Source of the DNA: Actinomycetota bacterium
Lineage (GTDB): Bacteria > Actinomycetota > UBA4738 > HRBIN12
Length of the DNA: 64,000 nt
Assembly (NCBI GenBank): GCA_040881665.1
Contig: JBBECT010000005.1
Span: 4,652-68,651, forward strand
Direction: 5' to 3'
Below are positions 57,876 through 64,000 of the stretch, piece after piece. The translations under genes and the position numbers were made by a program. The notes under the pieces were generated by a model. The model was not told the DNA's origin. It saw nothing but the letters and a program-made list of their open reading frames with translations, and ran no database searches. Numbering within the stretch: position 1 is the first letter of the stretch; every line of letters begins with the position of its first letter.

Positions 57876-58664
57876 CTACCGCTTCATCAGCCGGGCCACG
57901 ATGATAGCGACCTCGTAGAAGATCACCATCGGGATCATCATCCCGAGCATCGTGTACGGATCCTGGCTCGGGGTGAGCACGGCGGCGAAGACCGCGATCC
58001 CGAGTACGGCGTAACGACGGGCGTCGCGCAGCTGCCGGCTCGTGAGCACACCGACCGAGGTCAGGAAGATCAGCAGGATCGGGAACTCGAACGCCAATCC
58101 GAACGACAGCGAGACGAAGATGAAGAAGCTCAGGTACTTGTCGCCCGTCAACAGGGGTACGAACCCCTCTCCCGCGAACCCCAGCAGGAACTCCAGCGCC
58201 TTCGGCAGCGTGACGTAGGCGAGGAAGACCCCGAACAGGAACAACGCCGTCGCGGATCCGATGAACGGCACCGACATCCGTCGCTCGCGCTTGGTCAACC
58301 CCGGCACGATGAACTTCCATAGCTGATACAGCACGATCGGCAGAGCGATGATCAGCCCGAGGAAGATCACGACCTTGAACTTCAGCAGCGCACCGTCGAC
58401 GGCGCCGTTGAAGACGAAGGCGCAGCCGTCTCCGCCGAAGTCCGGACGGTTCTCCGTCGGCAGCGCTGTGATCGTCTGGCAGTACGGGTCCTGCAACAGC
58501 CTGATCACGGGGGGGTAGAGGAACCAGCCCGCGATCGCGCCGAGGAAGATCGCGCCGAACGCGAGAACCAACCGATGCCGGAGCTCCTCGAGGTGCTGGA
58601 TCAGGGTCATCGACCCGTCGCGCGGCCGGGTCGGACGACGGAGGATCTTCGGGATGATCGACAT
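57876..58664 (-). CDS. tatC: Twin-arginine translocase subunit TatC
   Basis: LIQHLEELRHRL..., six TM segments, synteny. Confidence 0.9.
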   Translation of the reverse strand: MSIIPKILRRPTRPRDGSMTLIQHLEELRHRLVLAFGAIFLGAIAGWFLYPPVIRLLQDPYCQTITALPTENRPDFGGDGCAFVFNGAVDGALLKFKVVIFLGLIIALPIVLYQLWKFIVPGLTKRERRMSVPFIGSATALFLFGVFLAYVTLPKALEFLLGFAGEGFVPLLTGDKYLSFFIFVSLSFGLAFEFPILLIFLTSVGVLTSRQLRDARRYAVLGIAVFAAVLTPSQDPYTMLGMMIPMVIFYEVAIIVARLMKR

Positions 58665-58678
58665 CGGTCGGGGTGTTC

Positions 58679-59227
58679 CTAGTCGTCCTCGTCGGCGTCG
58701 GGGGGAGCCGAGCCGTTGGTCGAGGGATTCGCACCGTTGCTCGCGGGGTCGGAGGCGCCGGTGTTCGACCCGCTCTGGTCGCTTTCGCTTTCGCTTTCCG
58801 CTTCGCCTTCGCCATCGTCCGAGCTCTGCCCGGCATCGGCCTGTCGCTGTTTCGCACGGGACTCTGCCCGGGCGGCGTCCGAGGCCCGGATCGGGGGCGT
58901 GCGTTCGTCGCGCTCCATCCCGCCGGTGTCGGGCTCCTCGTCGTCGTCCACCCCATCACCGTCGTCGTCCTGCTCCGCCACGGCGACGCGGGAACGATGC
59001 GCCCGCTGATCGCGCGCGGACGACTTCACGCGTGCCGTGGGCGGTTCGTCGTCCTCGTCGGGGTCGAGGTCGAAACGGATCGTGTCCTTGACCTCGTCCT
59101 GCATCTTGCGGAGGTCGCGGATCATCTTGCCCGCCTGCCGGCCGATCTCCGGGAGTCGCCGGGGACCTACGACGACCAGCGCGACGATCGCGACCAGCAT
59201 CAGCTCGAGGGGACCGATGTTCAGCAT
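58679..59227 (-). CDS. Tat translocase TatA/TatB family protein (TatB-like N-terminus) with a long acidic tail
   Basis: MLNIGPLELMLVAIVALVVVGPRRLPEIGRQAGK, i.e. E8 and GP..LP as recalled for TatB rather than FG..KLP of TatA. About 125-aa Asp/Glu-rich C-terminus. Confidence 0.8.
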   Translation of the reverse strand: MLNIGPLELMLVAIVALVVVGPRRLPEIGRQAGKMIRDLRKMQDEVKDTIRFDLDPDEDDEPPTARVKSSARDQRAHRSRVAVAEQDDDGDGVDDDEEPDTGGMERDERTPPIRASDAARAESRAKQRQADAGQSSDDGEGEAESESESDQSGSNTGASDPASNGANPSTNGSAPPDADEDD

Positions 59228-59230
59228 GGC

Positions 59231-59458
59231 TCAGTCGGAGTGGCGCCCCGGCGCCTTCTGCGAGAGGGACGCCGCCCGATCGCTCGTCTCGGCGGCCTCG
59301 GCGTTCAGCTCCTCCGCCACCGGCGCGAGCTCACGTTGCAGCCGGGCTGCGCTGCGGGCGAGCACGGCGGCGTTCCGGGCCAGACCGATCAGCATCGCCA
59401 GCAGCGCCAGCACGGTCACCAGGCCGATCACGAGCCAGACGAGCACCCAGGTGGTCAC
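59231..59458 (-). CDS. Small single-TM protein (DUF948-like impression)
   Basis: 75-aa ORF with a GTG start. TM WVLVWLVIGLVTVLALLAMLIGL followed by a helical tail. 3-nt gap to the tat gene. Confidence 0.5.
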   Translation of the reverse strand: MTTWVLVWLVIGLVTVLALLAMLIGLARNAAVLARSAARLQRELAPVAEELNAEAAETSDRAASLSQKAPGRHSD

Positions 59459-59545
59459 AGGTTCATGCTACGCGAAGCCGCTGAGCTCGGGTCGGTCGGG
59501 GTCTCCGAGGTACCGGTGGACGGCGGTCGAGACCCGAGAGGGCCG

Positions 59546-59932
59546 TCAGCGCTGGGAACGCTGCGCTTCGAGGAAGTCTTCGATGTACCGCTCGTCCTCG
59601 AGCAGGAAGTGGAAGTCGATCACGTCGTCGAGCTGGAAGCTCGGACCCTCCGGCAGATCGCCGCGTAGGTCGTCGAGGTCCATGTCGTCGAACATCGGCT
59701 CGAAGGTCGGCTCCTCCTCGATCCGCTGCTCCTGGCCGTCCACCCCGACCCCGGCCGAGACGAGCAGCGCGACGATCTTGCGGTCGGCACGCTTCTCGAC
59801 GTCGGAGGTGCAGACCGGGCACGTGAACTTGTAGGTGCCCTCCGAGCCGCCCTGTTGGACCGACAGCAGGATCATCTCGGGGCCCATGTCCACTTCCCCG
59901 CACCGGGGGCACGTCGTCCGGATCGTTGTCAT
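59546..59932 (-). CDS. Hypothetical zinc-ribbon protein with acidic C-terminal half
   Basis: 128 aa. CPRCG...CPVC, then EEEPTFEPMFDDMDLDDL... Family not recognised. Confidence 0.5.
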   Translation of the reverse strand: MTTIRTTCPRCGEVDMGPEMILLSVQQGGSEGTYKFTCPVCTSDVEKRADRKIVALLVSAGVGVDGQEQRIEEEPTFEPMFDDMDLDDLRGDLPEGPSFQLDDVIDFHFLLEDERYIEDFLEAQRSQR

Positions 59933-59996
59933 CTCCCCACCCGTATCGGCCCCCCCTCCAGGTGCCTTGAGGGTCGGGGTCCCGAGCGGGGCTACC

Positions 59997-61007
59997 CTAG
60001 ATGTACTGGTCCCGGGTCCGCCGCGCGAGGTCGCTCACCCGATCCCGCAAGCTCTGCGGTGCAAGGACTTCCGCATGCGGAGCCACCCTCAGCACGAGGC
60101 GCGCGGCCCAGTCGAGCTCCTTCGCGGGCAGGATGACCTCCATAGCGCCCCCGTCGAGATCGAGGGGTTCGGACACCGGGTGGTACTCGGCGATCCAGCG
60201 GGCCTCCGGAGCCAGTCGCAGGTGCACCTCGACGTCGTGCTCGCTGGGTGTGTAGAGCGCACGGCCCGCGCCCTCGAGCCCCCGCGGTTCGAACCGCTCC
60301 CCGGTCGCCCGCACCGACCGGATCCGATCGGCGCGGAACAGCCGCTCGGAGTCGCGCGAGTGGTCCCACGACGCCACGTAGAAGTTGCCGAGCGCGGAGA
60401 ACACCTCCTCGGGATCGATCGTCCGCGTGGTCGCCTCGCCCGTCGACAGGGCGACGTAATCGATCTCGAGCCGCTCCCTCGCGGCGACCGCGTCTCGGAT
60501 CGTGTCGAGGAGCTCGGCGGGCCGTCCCGCAGCCGCCGCCTCGACCCGATCGGCGGCGCCCAGCGTCTCCTCGCCCAGACCCTCACGGAGCTTGGCGAGC
60601 GCCGTGGTCAAGGCGGTGGCCTCCGGGACCCCGGGGGTGCCCACCAGCGCCGTTCCCTGCAGGTACAGCGCGAGGGCCTCGTTGCGGGTCAGGCGCAGGG
60701 GCCGAGAGAAGTGATCGGCCATCGTGATCGAGACGGTCCCGTCCTCGTCGAGGGCCACATCGATCAGGTCGCCCGGCGAATACGGCGGGAGCCCCGAGAG
60801 GAACACGATCTCGAGATCGTCGACGAGCGCGTCCCGGTCGATCCCGAACAGACGGGCGACCTCGTCCACATGGGTCCCGGGGTGCTCCACGAGGTATGGA
60901 ACGATCACGAGCAGCCGCGCGAGCCGTTCGGAGGCCTTCGCCTGGCGCGCCTTGCCCCGGCGAGGCTTGCGGGTCTTCTCGGGGGTGTCGAACAGCTCGT
61001 CAGCCAT
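59997..61007 (-). CDS. pafC: WYL-domain transcriptional regulator PafC
   Basis: HTH plus WYL architecture. Second of two tandem overlapping paralogues downstream of pafA. Overlaps pafB by 8 nt. Confidence 0.8.
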   Translation of the reverse strand: MADELFDTPEKTRKPRRGKARQAKASERLARLLVIVPYLVEHPGTHVDEVARLFGIDRDALVDDLEIVFLSGLPPYSPGDLIDVALDEDGTVSITMADHFSRPLRLTRNEALALYLQGTALVGTPGVPEATALTTALAKLREGLGEETLGAADRVEAAAAGRPAELLDTIRDAVAARERLEIDYVALSTGEATTRTIDPEEVFSALGNFYVASWDHSRDSERLFRADRIRSVRATGERFEPRGLEGAGRALYTPSEHDVEVHLRLAPEARWIAEYHPVSEPLDLDGGAMEVILPAKELDWAARLVLRVAPHAEVLAPQSLRDRVSDLARRTRDQYI

Positions 61008-61953
61008 CGAGGACCTTCTCGAGCCGGGAAAGGACGGCCGTTCGCAATCCCTCGGGAGCGATCACCCGCGCCTGCGGCCCGAACCCGAGGACCCACGAGG
61101 CGAGTCCCTCGTCGGATGCGGACGGGACGGTGACCTCGACCCAGCCGTCCGCTCCGGGTTCACGCACGCGCGCCTCGGGGATCCCCTTCGTCGCCCACCA
61201 GGCGACGTCCGGAGAGAACGCCACGGTGGCCGACGTCGTGGGTTCGCCGGGTCCCCACAGCCCGAGCTCGACGTGACCGGCCGCATGGAAGTCATCGGGA
61301 GGCTCGCTCCCCTCTCCCGCATCCTTGGGATCGGAGTCGAACCGGGAGAGGCGGAACGCGCGGATCTCCTCGCGTTCGACGTCGCGGCCCACGAGATACC
61401 AGTGGCCGGCGCGCCACGCGAGTCCCCACGCGTCGACGATCCGCTGGGAGCGGTCGCCACGCGCGGTCGTGTAGGCGAAGGAGACCCGCCGGCCCCCGCG
61501 CAGCACCGCCTCCGCGGTGGCGGTCAAGCGGCCGGCGTCCGCGTCGGGGCCGATCCCCAGCGGTCCCGGACCCGCTCCCGAAAACACGCCGCCTTCGGCG
61601 CCCGACAGCAGCTTGCGGACGGCCTGCTCGGCGGATGCGTCGTCCTCCGGCGCCGAGCGGGCGGCGAGGAACAGGGCGGAGAGCTCCTGGGGCGTGAACG
61701 CGATCTCGGGCAGGTAATAGGCGTCCTTCGGGATCGTGTAGGCCTGCGGAGCGCCCTCCCACGGGTCCACGGTGACGAGCTCGATCGGGATCCCGTTGTC
61801 GCGGAGGATGTCCTTGTCCCGCTCGAACTTGCGCTTGCCGGAGTCCCCCGCCTCGTACCCCTCCATCTGCTCGCGGATCAGTTCGAAGGTGAGCGGGCGA
61901 CGTGAGTCCAACAGCAGTCCGACCAGGTTCAGCAGGCGTTCGAGCTGGTTCAT
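61000..61953 (-). CDS. pafB: WYL-domain transcriptional regulator PafB
   Basis: MNQLERLLNLVGLLLDSRRPLTFELI (HTH), WYL core GHWYLVGRD. Confidence 0.8.
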   Translation of the reverse strand: MNQLERLLNLVGLLLDSRRPLTFELIREQMEGYEAGDSGKRKFERDKDILRDNGIPIELVTVDPWEGAPQAYTIPKDAYYLPEIAFTPQELSALFLAARSAPEDDASAEQAVRKLLSGAEGGVFSGAGPGPLGIGPDADAGRLTATAEAVLRGGRRVSFAYTTARGDRSQRIVDAWGLAWRAGHWYLVGRDVEREEIRAFRLSRFDSDPKDAGEGSEPPDDFHAAGHVELGLWGPGEPTTSATVAFSPDVAWWATKGIPEARVREPGADGWVEVTVPSASDEGLASWVLGFGPQARVIAPEGLRTAVLSRLEKVLDG

Positions 61954-62018
61954 CGCCGGGGCATCATAATCCCCGCATGCTGTGCCTCAGACGAACGCCC
62001 CTCTCGTTCCGGCCCCCG

Positions 62019-62104
62019 GTGCCTGGGGTGTCCGCGTGAACCGGCTCCGTCGCGGCCGCGTGCCTGGGGTGTCCGCGTGAACCGGCTCCGTCGCGGCCGC
62101 GTGC
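62019..62104. repeat. Perfect 41-bp tandem duplication (about 2.1 copies) spanning the DUF3866 start codon
   Basis: 62019-62063 is identical to 62060-62104. Each copy carries GTGAACCGGCTCCGTCGCGGCCGCGTG. Confidence 0.95.
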
Positions 62105-63171
62105 TCGGTGTGAACGCCGAACGCCCTGGGGCGCTCGAGGTGGAGGTCGAGGTCGAAGGGGCAAGGGCCGTGGCGATCGCCTACCCGGATGTGTGCGGAC
62201 CCGTCGGCGCCGGCGACGTCGTCGTCCTGAACACGACCGCGGTCGCTCTCGAGCTGGGAACGGGCGGCCTGCACGTCGTCGTCGCCGTCGAGGGCGGACC
62301 CGACACCGATCTGTCCCGGGACGGGGGACGCGTGATGAAGGCCCGCTACACCCCTGGGCAGACCGTTGTCCGATCGGTCGAGGAGACGCACCGCGACGTG
62401 CTCGAAGCCTCGCCGGGTCTGCGGGGCACCCCGGTCGTCGTCGCGCCGCTGCACTCGATGCTGGCTCCGATCGCCGCCGGGGCGAAGGCGAGCGGCGACG
62501 CTCGCGTCGTGTACGTGATGACCGACGGCGCCGCACTACCCGGAGCGCTGTCCCGCCTCGTGGCGACCACCCGCGCCGACGGGCTCCTCGACGGGTGGAT
62601 CTCCTCGGGCCAGGCGTTCGGCGGCGAGCTGGAGGCGGTGACGATCTGGACGGCGCTGCTCGCGGCAGTGGAGGTGCTCGATGCCGAGGTGATCGTCGTC
62701 GCGGACGGACCCGGGAACCTCGGGACGGACACGACCTGGGGCGTGAGCGCGCTGGCGGGCGGCCACGCCCTCCAGGCGGCCACGACGCTGCAGGGCCGCC
62801 CCGTCGCCGCCCTGCGGATCAGCTTCGCCGACGAGCGCCCGCGCCACCGAGGGTTGTCGCATCATTCCCGGACGATCCTGCGGGAGGTCGCGACCGAAGG
62901 GGTCGACGTGGCGGTCCCTACCCTCGAGGACGACGCGCAGCGAGCGACCGTGTGGGATGCCCTGCGCGCAGACGGTCTCGAGGACCGTCATCAGCTCGTG
63001 GAGGCCGACGGCCGTCCCGCTCTCGGGGAGCTGGAGCGCCGCGGGATCCAGGTGCGCTCGATGGGCCGTTCCCCGATCGACGACCGCGCGTTCTTCCTGG
63101 CGGCCGGCGCGGCGGGGGTGCTCGCCGGCCGGATCGCCGCCGCGGCGCGAGCCTGGCGGAACCGGTCCTGA
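62077..63171 (+). CDS. DUF3866 family protein
   Basis: 364 aa. VVVLNTTAVALELGTGGLHVV, VMKARYTPGQT and DGPGNLGT are as recalled for DUF3866. Confidence 0.7.
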   Translation: MNRLRRGRVLGVNAERPGALEVEVEVEGARAVAIAYPDVCGPVGAGDVVVLNTTAVALELGTGGLHVVVAVEGGPDTDLSRDGGRVMKARYTPGQTVVRSVEETHRDVLEASPGLRGTPVVVAPLHSMLAPIAAGAKASGDARVVYVMTDGAALPGALSRLVATTRADGLLDGWISSGQAFGGELEAVTIWTALLAAVEVLDAEVIVVADGPGNLGTDTTWGVSALAGGHALQAATTLQGRPVAALRISFADERPRHRGLSHHSRTILREVATEGVDVAVPTLEDDAQRATVWDALRADGLEDRHQLVEADGRPALGELERRGIQVRSMGRSPIDDRAFFLAAGAAGVLAGRIAAAARAWRNRS

Positions 63172-63178
63172 GCCCATC

Positions 63179-64000
63179 TCACATGTGGGCGATCAGTTGT
63201 TCCACCCGGTCGTCGACGCTGCGGAACGGGTCCTTGCAGAGAACGGTGCGTTGCGCCTGATCGTTCAGCTTGAGGTGAACCCAGTCGACCGTGTAGTCGC
63301 GACGCTTCTGTTTCGCCGTCTTGATGAAGTCTCCGCGGAGCTTCGCCCGCGTGGTCTGTGGTGGCTCGCGCATCGCCCTGGTGATGTCGGCCTCGGACGC
63401 GACCCGCTCGACTCGGTCTTGTTTCTCGAGGAGGTAGTAGAGCCCGCGCGTGCGGTTCACGTCGTGGTAGGCGAGGTCGAGCATGCCGACCTTCGGACTC
63501 GACAGCGCGAGATCGTGCTTCCCACGGTAGGACTCGATCATCATCATCTTGGTCACCCAGTCGATCTTCCGGCCGAGACGCTCCGGCTCCTGCGCCTCGA
63601 GCGCGTCGAGCGCGTCCGCCCACTCGGCGAGCAGGCGCTTGACCGTCTCGCTCGGGTCGCGGCGGTCGAAGAAGCGGGCGGTCTTGTCCAGGTACTCGCG
63701 CTGCATCTCGATCGCCGTCAGCTCACGACCGTTCGCGAGCTTCACGCGGCGCTTGCAGGTCACGTCGTGGGAGATCTCTCGGATCGCACGGATCGGGTTC
63801 TCCAGGGTCAAATCGCGCATCACGGTCTGGCCCTCGAGCATCTGGAGCACGAGGTCGGTGATCCCGACCTTCATGAACGTGGTCCACTCGTTCATGTTCG
63901 AGTCCCCGACGATCACGTGGAGCCGCCGGAACCGCTCCGCGTCGGCGTGCGGCTCGTCGCGCGTGTTGATGATCGGGCGGGACCTCGTGGTGGCGCTCGA
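63179..64000 (-). CDS. pafA: Pup--protein ligase PafA, C-terminal part (5' end outside window)
   Basis: The reading frame stays open to the window edge. C-terminus ...[34 protein letters not shown] matches the recalled PafA C-terminus. pafBC lie downstream. Confidence 0.85.
   Translation of the reverse strand, partial: SSATTRSRPIINTRDEPHADAERFRRLHVIVGDSNMNEWTTFMKVGITDLVLQMLEGQTVMRDLTLENPIRAIREISHDVTCKRRVKLANGRELTAIEMQREYLDKTARFFDRRDPSETVKRLLAEWADALDALEAQEPERLGRKIDWVTKMMMIESYRGKHDLALSSPKVGMLDLAYHDVNRTRGLYYLLEKQDRVERVASEADITRAMREPPQTTRAKLRGDFIKTAKQKRRDYTVDWVHLKLNDQAQRTVLCKDPFRSVDDRVEQLIAHM

Overview
High-GC (~70%) Actinomycetota chromosomal core segment, densely packed: about 70 CDS, one tRNA-Pro(GGG) and the 3' tip of a 5S rRNA. 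From memory (nothing was searched), gene order is syntenic with three Mycobacterium tuberculosis blocks. Block 1 is Rv1691-Rv1713: HAD phosphatase, tlyA, nadK, recN, steA, mctB-like, pyrG, NUDIX, xerD, then scpA, scpB, rluB, cmk, der. Block 2 is Rv1826-Rv1832: gcvH, FHA/garA-like, MerR, DUF151, MerR and glycine dehydrogenase, here split into gcvPA/gcvPB. Block 3 is Rv2051c plus Rv2092c-Rv2097c: lnt-ppm1 fusion, helY, tatC, Tat component, pafC, pafB, pafA. I found no transposase, prophage, integrase island or CRISPR array. Seven things stand out. (1) A minimal 229-aa reverse-transcriptase-like ORF carries all finger/palm motifs including WVDD but no thumb or accessory domain. It ends 7 nt before an amidohydrolase gene and has an SD-sequestering hairpin in its leader. 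(2) Directly downstream of that pair lies a ~250-nt non-coding unit with its own promoter-like hexamers, a 13-bp perfect-stem hairpin, a CU-rich anti-SD-like tract and a terminal hairpin, so it is a candidate sRNA. (3) A candidate ydaO-type c-di-AMP riboswitch with an SD-sequestering helix precedes a secreted CAP-domain gene. (4) A RecA-NDp/PafBC-type promoter sits on an apparently leaderless recN, with pafBC in the same window. (5) An M50 protease homologue has RETAR in place of HExxH. (6) aroA carries an in-frame insertion encoded by an extended DNA palindrome. (7) Two 40/41-bp tandem duplications occur (one has a single mismatch, the other is perfect); the perfect one creates a uORF coupled to a DUF3866 gene that splits pafA from pafBC. 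Start codons were chosen by eye and many are uncertain. All family assignments rest on recognised motifs and recalled synteny.
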